Assembly: GCF_009914755.1 (NCBI RefSeq)
Contig: NC_060931.1
Length of the DNA: 64,000 nt
Origin: the human T2T-CHM13v2.0 reference genome, Homo sapiens
Direction: 5' to 3' (one strand)
Shown in pieces: positions 46,524 through 62,017 of the stretch; positions within the stretch are counted from its first letter, which is position 1, and every line of letters starts with the position of its first letter. Both the position numbers and the translations under genes were made by a program. Under the pieces are notes generated by a model, which ran no database searches, was not told the origin of the DNA, and saw only the letters and a program-made list of their open reading frames with translations.

Positions 46524-46820
46524 GCCTTGCAAGTGAACTGCGTGGTAAGGAAGCTCCTGGTACAGCTGAGACGTCTGTATTGGTGGGTGGAGACTATGAC
46601 TGCCCTCACCTCCTGGCACCTGGCCTATCTCATCACTTGGACCACCTGCCTGGCCTCCCACCTGCTGCAGGCTGCCTTTGAGCACACGACCCAGCTGGCC
46701 GAGGCCCAGGAGGTTGAACCCCAGGAGGTCTCAGGGTCTTCCTTGCTGCCCTCACTGTCTGCGTCCTCGGACTCAGAGTCTGGAACAGTTTTGCCAGAGC
46801 AAGAAACTCCCAGAGAATAA
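46524..46820 (+). CDS. TMEM270: TMEM270 coding exon 3 (ALQVNCVV...EQETPRE*)
   Basis: ttccag|GCC acceptor; acidic Ser-rich tail; the three exons total 265 aa. Confidence 0.95.
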   Translation, partial: ALQVNCVVRKLLVQLRRLYWWVETMTALTSWHLAYLITWTTCLASHLLQAAFEHTTQLAEAQEVEPQEVSGSSLLPSLSASSDSESGTVLPEQETPRE

Positions 46821-46821
46821 A
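46816..46821 (+). terminator. TMEM270: TMEM270 poly(A) signal overlapping the stop codon
   Basis: GAA TAA A forms AATAAA at 46816-46821. Confidence 0.7.
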
Positions 46822-47342
46822 TGTATCCCCATCTGCCTCTCCTGGTCTGGCCTAGCCTATGGTCTCACTCCCTCTTCCCTAATGGGCTGGAGAGATGTTG
46901 TGTGAGTGATGTGCATGTGTGTGCCTGCATGTGAGCCCAGGACTGCCTCTGGGAAGGAAATCACTTTCCGTCAGCATCTTCTATGGGCCAGATATCAAAC
47001 ATCTCAGACAATTTACTCATAATTTGGTTTAAATCTCCTAGCAACACAGGCATCAGGTTTGATTAGCACCATTTACAGCTGAGAAAATTGAGCCTCAGAA
47101 GGTTGAACTTTCCCAAGGTCACAGTCTGTCAAGGGCAGAACCAGCACTGGGTCTCTAGATTTTTTGTTTCCCAGAATCCTTAACTTTCTCTAGGTGCGTG
47201 CCCCTGGTTCTCAGAAGTATTGGTGCCCAGGGCTTTAGGGGAGATGGGCAGTTAGAGACTTTGGCCTCTGGGGGGTGCCAGGGCCTCACATTTCAGAGAT
47301 TTAGAAATCTTTGAGAAACAGTTGTGAGCCAGGCTTCAAGGA

Positions 47343-48362
47343 GCCCATTCATTCATGCACTTGGCCATTCATCCATCCACCTATCCACCCACTCACAAAG
47401 CCATCCACAGAACCATCCATCCACCCACCCACCAATCCATTCACCCACTCACCCATTCACCTGCCCATCTACTCACACATCCACCCATCCATCCCTCCAC
47501 CCATCCACCCATCCATCCATCCATCCATCCATCCATCCATCCATCCATCATCACCCAACAACCTATGCATTCATCCATCCATCCATCCACTGATCCATTT
47601 ATCCATCCATCCATCCACCCAACCACCCATCCATTGACCCACCCATCTACCTACCCATTTAATTACCCATTCATCTATGCATTCATCCACCCATTCGTGC
47701 ATCCATCCATCCATCCATCCATCCATCCATCCATCCATCCATCCACACACCCACCTATCCATCCATCTACCCACCCACTGATCAATTTACCCATATATCC
47801 ATCCATCCATCCATCCTCCCAACCACCCATCCATTCACCCACCCATCTGCCTACCCATCCACTCACCCATTCATCTACCCATTCATCCACCCATTCATGC
47901 ATCCATCCATCCATCCGTCTATCCATCCACCCATTCATCTATCCATCCACTGGTCCATTTGCCTATCCATACATCCACCCACCCACCCACCCATCCATTC
48001 ACCCACCCATCTGCCTACCCATCCACTTACCCATTAATCTCCCCATTCATCAACCCATTCATGCATCCATCCATCTATCCACCCACTCATCCACCCATCC
48101 ATCCACCCATCTATCCATCCATTCATCCATTCATCCATCCATCCATCTATCCATCCACTGATCCATTCACCCATCCATCCATCCATCCTCCCAACCACCC
48201 ATCCATTCAGCCACCCATCTGCCTAACCATCCACTCACCCATTCATCTACCCATTCATCCACCCATTCATGCATCCATCTATCCATCCATCCATCCATCC
48301 ATCCATCCACCCACCCACCCACCCATCCATTCATCCACAGAACCAACCACACCCACTCACCC
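47343..48362 (+). repeat. About 1 kb degenerate (CCAT)n/(TCCA)n repeat
   Basis: Continuous ccat/ccac/tcat units; source of the His/Pro-rich and WMDG pseudo-ORFs. Confidence 0.95.
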
Positions 48363-51300
48363 GCTATCTGTTGAAGAGCCATCTGTCTCCCTGGGGAAAG
48401 GGGAAACCTATCCAGTATCTCAGCACTCCCCTAACCTGTGAGTAAGGACACAGGGTCCTGCTGCATGGGTGGCTGATGCTGCTGTGCCAGCTCAGGCTGT
48501 GATGCTTCCAATCCCCAAGACTCAGCCTTCAGGTGAGTGATTCTGCTGAGAGGGGAAGGGATGGTTTCTTGAGTGTTTGCAGTTACCTCTCACCTACTCC
48601 CAAGCCAGAGGGTGGTGGTGTGAGCGTGGCTCTTCTCCACTCAGGTTCCCAGCTCAGTGAGGGCCTCCCTTACAGCTCAGGGTGGATGTGGGTGAACTTC
48701 CAGACCCTTCCTCCAAGTCTAAGCAGCAAGGCTGTCCTGCTCTAGGAGGGACATCTGAGGGGTCCCATCTGGCCAACGAGGTAGAACATGTACCAGGAAG
48801 GACCTATAAGCACCTGGTCAGAGGGGTAACATGACTGGGATTCTAGAACATACACACAGCTTTCAGGGAAGCATGAGTGCAGGAGTAGGTGATGTCAGCT
48901 CTTTGCTGAGGCAGGGACTGGAGGAAAGGAGGAGGCCCCAGAGCAGTTTGGGGCCAAGGTGGGGATGGACAGGAATGTGGCCCAAGCCCCGTGGAGAAGA
49001 TCTGGGCTTGGGGACAGAAGCTTGGATTCTGTGCCTCTGCCTCTGCCTCTGCCCGCCTAGGTCACTGGGTGTGACCTTGGATGAGGCTCTCTTTGCCCAC
49101 TCTGGACTTCGGTTCCCATGTCTGTGCAATGCGGGATGGGTGGGGTGATCCCCGATAAGGGAGTCAGCATTTGGTTTGGTTTTTGTTTTTTTGAGACAGG
49201 GTTTCGCTGTCACTCAGGCTGGAGTGCGGTGGCATGATCTCCGCTCACTGCAGCCTCCACCTCCCAGGTTCAAATAATTCTTGTGCCTCATCTCTTGAGT
49301 AGCTGGGACTACAGGCGAGCGCCACCATGTCTGGCTAATTTTTGTATTTTTAGTAGAGACGGGGTTTCACCATATTGGCCAGGCTGGTCTCAAACTCCTG
49401 ACCTCAGACGAACTGCCCACCTTGGCCTCCCAAAGTGCTGGGATTACAGGTGTGAGCCACTGCGGCTGGCCGAGAGTCAGCATTTGGGGTTCCTTGATGC
49501 CAGGCCTTGTTCCTCAGTGCCCAGGTAAGAGGTGGGGTGGGGCAGGAGAGGAGCAGTCCCCCTGTCTACGCAGCCTGCCAATAAGGCCCTACACTGGCTG
49601 ACTTCTGGCTCCCTGAATCCCCTGTCCTGGAGTTATTGCTGCTTTTGCAAGATCTCTTCTAGGACTTGAATTCTTCCGGCCTTCCAAGGTCTCTGGCATC
49701 CTGGGGGAAAGGGAGAAGGCCAGAATCTCCCCTCGGCTGCCACTCACAATGGTGGGCACAGCAGAGGCCTTGGGGTCAGAGAGCCTTGGGTTTGGATGCT
49801 GGATCCACAACCTCTCAGCTGTGTAACCTTTGGCAATTTACTAAACCCTGAGAGCCTCAGTTTCCCCTCCTGTGATCAGGGTATAATCACAACACCCCAG
49901 ATGTCACAGGGCTGTTGCCTGGTCTGTGCACGTGCGGTCCCCGCTCAGAGCAGGCATGGGAGGCTCTTGGGACCCCACTCCCTGGCTCCCCATCTCCCAG
50001 GCCTGCTGCCTTTCTGGGGGCTGCAGCTTCTGAGGCCCGGGGTGGGAGCAGTCAGTCCGTCTGTCTCAGGCCTGTGAGCATGGAGGGGCCCTGGCCTGCT
50101 GGAAGAAAACAACTGGTGGCCGGTGTCAGGGGGTGGACGGGGCATGGGCAGGGTGGGGGGAGCTGGCTGCAAGGCCAGCCAGCAGCTTCACGCAATCTGT
50201 CTGCTATGCAGTCCTGGGCCTGGCCTGTATTTATTTATGCTGAGCGTGTATTTATATCAGTCCCTTTTTCATTAATAGGGCAGGAAATGGCTGGAATTGT
50301 TACATACCTGGCGGGCCAGGGGTCCCACTTCGCCAAGACACACAGGGCCCTGGCTGCCCCGTTGTGATTGTAAGGGCCCCCCTCCTCAGTCTGCCCGCAG
50401 GCCCCGGCCCGAGTTCCTGGCCCTTCCCTGACCCCCCCGCCTCTTGTTTTGAGACCCTCTCCACCTCCCGGAGCCCTGGAACCCACATTCCCGGGCGAGG
50501 GGTTCATTTGCAGGCCTCTCCCTGTCCCCCGGTTCATCCTGACCTCATCCCAACCCCAGGAAAGGCTGCGGTGTTAGGGGCTGTCAAAGTGCGCACTGAA
50601 GGATGGGGGAGGGGCTGGTGAAGTCCACGCAGAGCAGCGGGAGTTTGGGGGAGAGATCAGGGTCGGGAGGGTTTGGGGATGGGATCCTGGCGCCCAGGAT
50701 GGGGGGACTGGACAGAAAAGGAAATGAGGGGATACATAATAAGAGGGTTCCCCTGAGCAGGGGGGTGGTCCCACCCCCTGGGGCTTCGCTCTCCACCAAG
50801 CCCAGTCCCATCATGTAAGCATGGGTGGCCTCTGTCACTTGGGACCTGCCTAGCCCACCAGAGGGGTCTGTGTGTCTATCACCAGCCCCCCTGCTGCCCC
50901 AGGCCCAGTGGGGGATGGGGGCTCACTTCTGTCCTGCCTTCCTGCTCCCCGGTCTGCACACTGGGTTCAGCACTGAGCCAGCGTCTCTCTCCAGGCCCCA
51001 GCTCTTGGGCTCAGGCCCCAGGTGGGGCTGCCAGAGCTGAGAGGCGCGGCCCCTTCCCCAGAGCGCTCGCCTGACATAACCTATTAGCGCTTCTCGCTTC
51101 AATCCAGCTCCCCCAGCCAGCCTCCCCACCCAGGCCAGACTGTGCCGGTCCTGTTGTCTCTCTCCTGAGCTGCTTTGCCCCGACAGGGTGAGAAGGAGCT
51201 GGCAAGATGCCCGATGGCCCCAAGAGTAGCTGTGCCTGTTCGCCCCTCCCCTGCTAGGCTGCCCTATGGTCAGGTGGACTTGATCATTGACCTTGACCAG

Positions 51301-53567
51301 TGGCCGCTGTGGCCACGATGACTTCCTGTCTCAGAGTCCAGAGCTGGGGCCGCTGGACAGTCGTGGGACTGAAACTTAGAGGACAAGGGGCTTTCCTGAA
51401 GTCCTGCCCTGTGCCTCGGTCCTTGCCTTCTCAGCTGCACTTCTTTTTTTGTTTTGTTTTGGAGACAGTCTTGCTCTGTCCCCCAGGCTGGAGTGCAGGG
51501 GCACGATCTCAGCTCACTGCAACCTCCACCTCCTGGGTCCAAGCAATTCTCCTGCCTCAGCCTCTTGAGTAGCTAGGATTACAGGTGCCCCGCCACCATG
51601 CCCGGCTAATTTTTGTATTTTTAGTAGAGACGGGGTTTCGCCATGTTGGCCAGGCTGGTCTCGGACTCCTGACCTCAGGTGACCCGCCCATCTCAGCCTC
51701 CCAAAGTGCTGGGATTACAGGCATGAGCCACCGCGCCCGGACTCTCGGCTGCACTTCTAGGGGCTGATGGAGGGTGCTGGGGAGAGGCAGCTGACCTTGG
51801 GCAGCTGTTGGTATTGAGAAGGGGGCTGCTGGGAGACTTGGGGTTATTATCTAGGATGGAGGCCCTCTGGGTGGCAGGAGGGGGAGGCTGCAGGGTCTCA
51901 GGACCATGCTGGGGGCTAATGCAGGGGTCTCTGGGCTTCCCCAGCTGCCCCCCATATCTGTGCTAGATGGGTGAGGATGGCCGGGCACCTGGGAAGCCGT
52001 CGTGTCTGGGATCCCTCGGGAGGCTTTCTCCAGCCCCCTCCATCCAGCGCTTGCTTAGCAGTGGTAGTGCCTTCTCTTCTTTCACCCCTCTTCGCCTTTG
52101 ACCCACCTTGGCTTGGGGTTGGGGGCTTGAGATCCCAAAAGTGCCTGGGATTGGGGGGTTAGCGGTCAGCCCCAAGTCCTCCACCTAGCAGGGCTCTTGC
52201 ACTTCCTGGGTTGAGCAGGAGGAGGCTGAGGGGTGGGGCCCCCAGGGAAGGCTGGATTCTTTGAGATCCACCTGGGGCAGGACTGTGTCCCCTGATAATT
52301 CTCCTCCACAGTGAATGCAGCACCTCCTCCCACTGGTTGGCCAGGGCTGTCCAGATTACTTAATTGTGTGTGTCTGAGAGTGTCTGTGTGGGTTAGGGAG
52401 AGGAAGGCATTTCCCCAAGCCCCTCACCTGCAGCGGCCTGTGGCTGGAGGGACCCCAGACTCTCTACTCCTGTTGGGGGTCCTGCCTGTCCCTGGCTTGT
52501 GTGGCACTGGGCAGGTCCCTGGGCTCTGTCCCTGTTCCCGCCATGAGGGTGCCTGTGGGCTCTGCTAACTTCTGAGCCTGAGTGAACCTTGACCCCCTCT
52601 TGGACCAGGGCCCCGCAGGCGTGGATTGAGGCGCTGGAGAAGGCATGATCTGGAAGGCCCTGGGCCTGGGTGCTGCAGCTGGGCCCTACGGCTTCGCCTG
52701 CATATAGTGCACGCATCTGGATCTGTGTCCCGCCCCTCACCCCAGGCTCACATCTGGAGACCAAAACCAGCTAGCCGGCTAAACACAGAGCATCTGGGCC
52801 CCAAAGAGCCTGTTCCCAGGTTAACGTGGCCCATCTGGGCCCCTCGCGGCAGCTCCGCCCCGTCTCCACGGCAGAATGCTGGCTGCACATCTGGACAGCT
52901 GGAGCCCTGTGGTCACCCCGCCTCTCCCCGTGCCTAGCTGGGTCTGGAGTCGGTGCTGCCTGGGTTCCCTGTCCTGAGGCAGGGTCCTGTGTGCAGAGGG
53001 CTCATGGGGCTTCTCCTGGGTGCTGCCTGGGGAATAGATTAGTTTAGACATAATCTGGAAACAAGTCCCTTGCCAGGGGTGGTGACAGCAGCCACTCTGC
53101 ACCAACACACCCGGCAGCCCCTTGGTAGCGCTTGAAAAAGCCTCTGAGGCCCCCTGGATCGCCTGGCTGCCCACGTCCTCCTGGGATGCCTCGGGCACAG
53201 CAGGGGGTGCCACCAACTGTTGGGGGGTGGGGCGCTGCACTGGGGTCCCCATCACGAAACTCACTTCACACAACCAGCCCTGCTGTCCCTTCCCAGGAAT
53301 CCTCTCTTCTCCCTCCTTCCCTGCCAACACCCGTGCTTGGCACGGTAGAGGCTGGATGTCTCCCCAGGGGCCCCAGACTCAGAGAAGAAAGCCTGAGGAC
53401 GAGGTCAGCCAAGGGCATCTGGAAGAAATGACCATCTCAGGCACAAAAGGCTGCCTGGGCAAAGACACTCCATGGGAACTGCCTGGTGGTGGCCTGGACA
53501 GGTTCCTTTTCGGTGGGGTTGTAGGCCCCTCTGACTTCACTAGGGACATGTGATCCTAATGAGCTAA

Positions 53568-54243
<676 letters not shown>

Positions 54244-54999
54244 TGATCTCAAACTCCTGACCTCAGGTGATCTGCCTGCCTCGACCTCCCAAAGTGCTGG
54301 GATTACAGGCATGAGCCACCGAACCCAGCCGGCAGAGGTTATTCTTGCAAGGAGTCTGAGGCTGTGTGAGGCAACCTCCTAGCACTATGCTAAAGCCTTG
54401 TAACTCCAAGATTCAAGGATTCTGCGATGCTGCCTTCCCAGATTCTCAGTCTTCTAGGATAGGGGATGTGAATAGCCTTGGGGTGGAGGCCGGAGATTTG
54501 GCGTGCAGGGTTGGGGTGAGTGGGGGGTGAGGAGGGAAGCAGGGGATGGCCACAGCCCGTGGCCTGGAACTGGGGACCTTGCTGCCTGCCTGCCCGGAAC
54601 AGTCTTAGCTCTGGTGCTGGCCCAGCCTCCGAGGCCTGGGTTGTGTTTGCAGAGCCTGGCGATCCTGCATCCTGTGGTCAAGCTTTATCGAAGCATCATT
54701 GGCCCAGATTGAAAGAAGTGCTTTATTGTAGCCTGCAGCCCGGAGGCCTGGAGCAACAGGCAATTCAAACCACAGAGCCCCATGCCTTCTCCCGCACCTC
54801 CTTACCCAAGGAAAATTTGAGTCAGCAAACATGCAGGATGAAGACACAAATAAAAAATAACGAGGGCTAGCATTTATTAAATATTCGCTATGGGCCAGAT
54901 ACTGTTCTGAGGGCTTTGCTTGTATTAACTCATTCCAGTCTCCCTGGGAGGGAGGCACTGTTGTTACCATTTAACCCATTTTACAGATGGGGAACCTGA

Positions 55000-55260
<261 letters not shown>

Positions 55261-55476
55261 TAAAATACATATTTATATTTTTTAGAGTTGGAGTCTCATG
55301 GCTGGGTGTGGTGGCTTATGCCTGTAATCCTAGCACTTTGGGAGGCTGAGGCGGGCAGATTGCTTGAGCTCAGGAGTTCAAGACCAGCCTGGGCAACATG
55401 GTGCAACTCCTAAAGATACAAAAATTAGCTGGGCATGGTGGCATGCACCTGTAGTGACAGCTACTGAGGAGGCTTA

Positions 55477-56004
<528 letters not shown>

Positions 56005-56007
56005 TGA

Positions 56008-56259
<252 letters not shown>

Positions 56260-56503
56260 TAGCCAGGATGGTCTCGATCTCCTGACCTCGTGATCCACCT
56301 GCCTCGGCCTCCCAAAGTGCTGGGATTACAGGCGTGAGCCACCGTGCCCGGCCTCCCCTGGCTCTTTTAAAGGGTGGGAATTTGGGGCTGCGGAGGGCCA
56401 AGAGGTCAACCTTGGAGGACCCACCCACTGTGGCCTAGTCTCCTGGGGGAGCACCTGACCCTGAGGTGAGGGTGCTGCCTGGGATTCAAACCAGAGGGTC
56501 TGA

Positions 56504-56987
<484 letters not shown>

Positions 56988-57605
56988 TGACCAGCTAATT
57001 TTTTAATTTTTATAGAGATTGGGTCTTGCTATGTTGCCCAGGGCTAGTCTCAAACCCCTGGGCTCAAGTGATCCTCTCATCTCAGTCTCCTGAGTACCTG
57101 GGGGTGAAGGTATGTGCCACTTCGCCTGGCTAATTGTTTTTATGATCACCAGGGCTTCCAAGGCTGGGGCTGGGGGTCTCCCCTTGGGTGTGTGAGGGGG
57201 GCTTCCCTCTGTGTCTGCAGCTGTCTGACCTGCTAGAGGACCTACAGAGACAGAATGAGCAGAAAGCACCCTGGGGCCGTTGGCATCATCCTTGGACCAT
57301 CCTGATGGACCTTCCCATCTCATCCCATCCGCAGGTATGCTCTAGCAACTTCTCTTGTCACCCAGAGTCCCCACCCCTCTCTAGGAAGCATGAGAGGTGC
57401 TCTTCACCGGGCCCTTCCTTCGTGCCAGGCACACAGAGAGGACTTCTCCGTGATGTGATATCCCACATACTCCCCACAACACCTTTGGCTGGAAGGTCCC
57501 AGTGTCATCCCCATTTTACGGATGAGGAAACTAAGGCTCGGAGAGGCAAAGTCATGTATCTACATAGCTGAGAAGCGGCAGAGCTGGGACTTCAGTGCAG
57601 GTGAC

Positions 57606-57944
57606 TTCATCACCTCAGGGCTGTGTTGAGGTTGGCAAAGGGATGTCCCATTAGAGGGGATGGGAAGGGCTGCTGGGAGAGGACCCCAGGAGACATTGGA
57701 GTCTTTATCGGACATGGGGACAGGATCTCTGGTTTTGCAAACTATGCACTGATCCTCTAGTTTCCATGGTGGGGCGGCCACACGGCTGCAGGTGCATTTG
57801 GTGACGGGCCCCCTAGCCCATCCCAGCCATATGTGTGCCAATCTCCCGAGCCTTTAGTTTAGCCAAGGTTGGCATTTCCCAGGGGGAGTTTCAGCTGGGG
57901 ACCAAGCAGAGCCGCCTGCCCTCCGATTCCATTGGTGTGTCTCT
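57606..57944 (+). repeat. Copy 1 of a ~340-bp local direct duplication
   Basis: About 90% identical by eye to 61680-62017. Confidence 0.9.
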
Positions 57945-59540
57945 GTGGAGCTGCCTCATCGAGCCCCTAATTCGCACCTCGGCCAAGAGGGCCGAGAAGA
58001 AACTTCCCGCATTCCCCAAACTCCGGGTGTGGGACCAGGCTTCCCAGAGCCTTGGCGTGATGTCCCTGTGCCCCAGTTGGGCTCAGCCTGGCCTGTGGGG
58101 GCTGGCCCAGGGCCGAGGGCAGTGGAGAGGGCCAGCGGTACTGGGAGAACAATGGAGTGGAGGGAACAGAAACTCTCTGGGTAGCAAGAGCAGGGAAGGA
58201 GGCCAGGCCAGCAGGGGTTTCCAGACAGGCTGGGTCCTGGGGTCCCTGGGGCAGGGGGCAGAGGCAGGGAGAAAGGGGTCGCCCCGGCCATGCTTCCTGT
58301 GTGCTTTTGAGGTGCTCTGGCCCGGCCCTGCATGGGGAGACTGAGGCAGGAAGGACTAACATGGGCCCTGTCTTGAGGTCCTAGGGGCCTGGCTCTCCCT
58401 GGGGAGCTGTGGCCTGAAGGGGACAGAGGAGGAAGTTTCTTTCTTTTTCTTTTCTCTCTTTTTTTTGAGACAGAGTCTTGCTCTGTCGCTCAGGCTGGAG
58501 TTCAGTGGCACGATCTTGGCTCACTGCAACCTCCACCTCCCAGGTTTAAGTGATTCTCATGCCTCAGCTCCCCGAGTAGCTGGGATTACAGGCATGCACC
58601 ACCACACTCAGCTAATTTTTGTATTTTTATTAGAGATGGGGTTTCACCAGGTTGGCCAGGCTGGTCTCGAACTCCTGACCTCAGGGGATCTGCCCACCTC
58701 GGCCTCCCAAATTGCTGGGATTACAGGTGTGAGCCACCGTGCCCGACCTCTTTCTTTTTCTTTTTTTTGAAACAGGGTCTTATTCTGTCACCCAGGCTGG
58801 AGTGCAATGGCATGATCATAGTTCACTGCAGCTTCCAACTCCCGGGCTCTAGTGATCCTCCGGCCTCAGCCTCCTGAGTAGCTAGTACTACAGGTACATA
58901 CCGCCACGTCCAGCTAATTTTTTTTTTTTTTTTGTAGAGATGTAGTCTTGCTATGTTGCCCAGGCTGGTCTTGAACTCTTGGCCTCAAGCGATCCTCCCA
59001 CCTTGGCCTCCCAAAGTGCTGTGATTCTGGTAAGGCTAAGATTAACTTGACTTTACACTGTTGAACTTGGTATTAGGAGGAAGCTGCTGGTTCAGCCCCT
59101 GGGCAGGGAATTGTGATGGGTTCAGCGCCCCTGCCTGGGGCTGGACAGAAGGCTCTGATTTTACCCCCAGCCACTCTGGCTACCCCTACAGTCTCTCAAG
59201 GTGGCCCTTCCTGGTCCCTCGCCCCACCCCAAGGGCCTGAGTACAGATGGGCACCCCGGGTCAGTCTGAGTCACCCTTCATGTCCCTTGCTATGGTCCTA
59301 AAGCACATGTCCAGCAGTGTTTAAGAGCCACCTGCCCTGTGTCCACCCCTGGTCCCCAGGACCGGGTCTCTCTGGACCTCGGTGCTCTGGTCGGTCACCC
59401 GGGTCCTGCCTGAGTCCCGCGAGATGGGAGACTAGTTCTCAAAGCGGCCTTGAACACCTGTGTCCCTGCAGCCTCGTTCCCTTGGGGATTGTCACACATG
59501 ATCCCAACAGACAAGATGGCAAGACCCAGCATTGTTCTAG

Positions 59541-59798
<258 letters not shown>

Positions 59799-59914
59799 TA
59801 GCCAGGATGGTCTCTATCTCCTGAACTTGGGATCTGCCCACTTCAGCCTCCCAAAGTGCTGGGATTACAGGCGTGAGCCACCCCACCCGGCCTTTTTTTT
59901 TTTTTTTTTTTTAA

Positions 59915-60058
<144 letters not shown>

Positions 60059-61679
60059 TAATTTTTCATATTTTTGGTAGAGACGGTTTTGCCATGTTGG
60101 CCAAGCTGGCCTCGAAATCCTGGCCTCAGGGGATCTGCCCACCTTGGCCTCCCAAAATGCTGGGATTACAGGCGTGAGCCACTGTGCCCAGCCTGGATGA
60201 TGTGACTTTCGACTGTCAAATCAATGGCCCTGTTACCCCAAGCTCGCTCCCCGTCCCAGCAGCCCCTGGCCTCACAGCATGTGCATCTCTTTCCCTCTGG
60301 GAGCTGCCGCCCTGTGGGTCCTGCTGCCACCAGCCTGCAAGGGCACGATTAGGGTCACCTCCCCTCATCCCAACCCAGGGAGGTGGCTACCACCATTCAC
60401 ATATGGGGAAGGAGGGAAGGAGATGATGTATGACAGAAGCTCAGGGAGGTGGGGCCTGTCCACCTTCCGGGTGTGCCCTGGGGTGGGGGTTTCAGGCAGC
60501 CCTGCCTTCCTTTCCTTCCTGGGCTCAGCTGAGAGGGACTGGGGCAAAGGGCTTTTGTCATTTTCTCAACCCACAAACACTTCCGGATGCCTCCTCCATG
60601 CTGTTAACAGACTCCAGTGCCTGGGATCACTCACACCCTGCCTCTGCCTCAGTTTCCCCCTCTGAAGGGTGGAGCTGGCTTTGAGAGGGTGATAGACCTT
60701 TCAGCTTTTGCTTGAGTGAAGCCCACCTCTTGCCCCAGTGCCCATGACCCACCCACATCCCCAAAGCTGCAGGGCTTCCCGAGCTGGTCTTGGTCCCAAG
60801 CCGTGACCATGTCACTCTTACCCCGCCTGGGGCCAGCAAGCCCAGCTCTGGCCCCTCCCTGACGCCCCAAGGAGACTTGTGACAAACAGTAAGAGAGGGT
60901 CTCCTGGCTTCACCCTCTCTTCCAGAGGGAGCAAATTCTCCCAGACAAACCCAGCCCATCAACAAACCAGCGACCAAAACAAAGAGGCAGATTACGAAAC
61001 CCAGATCGAGGGAAAGAGGCCACTCCGAGCTTTTCTCCAGGACAGGGGTTGGCGAAATTGGGCCAGGCCTGTGGGTCACAGCCTGCCTGGCCTGGACTAT
61101 TTTTGTACCGTCTGGGGGGTGGGGGCTGATGAAATCCCAGCTGCATTTCACCAAAACACTTTCCCCTTAAGCCCGGGCTCCATGTGGTTCAAATTCATTG
61201 TCACTTAACTCATCACTCAAGGCTCTGAGCCGCATCCCTCCCCCTCCAAGAAAAAGACGAAAACACACAGTCTCTGGCATGCGGGCGAGGTGGGCGTGAG
61301 GGGCCATGACAAACAGACTGACTGTCTTGACCTTAGCCGCCCCTGGCCTCCTGCTCTCCATCTTCCTGGCCCCTTCCACCCCGTGCTTGATGTCCCCAAA
61401 GGCTAAGACAGGATGAGTTGCTGTCCAAGCTCCACTAGGGTTGAGTTGGGAGCCTGGACAGGGGAGGCAGTCACTGGATCACTGGTTCTCCCTCCCCTCC
61501 ACAGCCCGCTGCTGGAAATGGGAAGCTGACATGTCCCAAAGGTCGATGCACTGGAATGCCCGGAGGTCATCCTCTGGGAGTGTCCACATATTTGTGAATG
61601 TGTTTGTGCCCATGAGCCAGGAGAAGCCGATCTTCTCTTGCCCCGTGTTGCTTTTCTCAATGTTGGCTCACAGCTGATG

Positions 61680-62017
61680 TTCATCACCTCAGGGCTGTGT
61701 TGAGGTTGGCAAAGGGACTTCCCATCGGAGAGGAAGGGAAGGGCTGCCGGGAGGGGACCCTGGAGGGCATTGGAGTCTTTATCGAATATGAGGACAGGAC
61801 GTCCGGTTTTGAAACTATGCACTGATCCTATAGTTTCCATGGTAGGGCGGCCAGATGGCTGCAGGTGCATTTAGTGACAGGCCCCCTAACCTGTCCCAGC
61901 TATGTGTGTGCCAATCTCCTGAGCCTTTAGTTTAGCCAAGGTTGGCATTTCCCAGGGGGAACTTCAGCTGGGGACCAAGCAGAGCCGCCTGCCCTCCGAT
62001 TCCATTTGTGTGTCTCT
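61680..62017 (+). repeat. Copy 2 of a ~340-bp local direct duplication
   Basis: About 90% identical by eye to 57606-57944. Confidence 0.9.

Noticed and set aside
47311-48441. His/Pro-rich ORFs up to 268 aa
   Set aside because: Stop-free frames of the (CCAT)n repeat.
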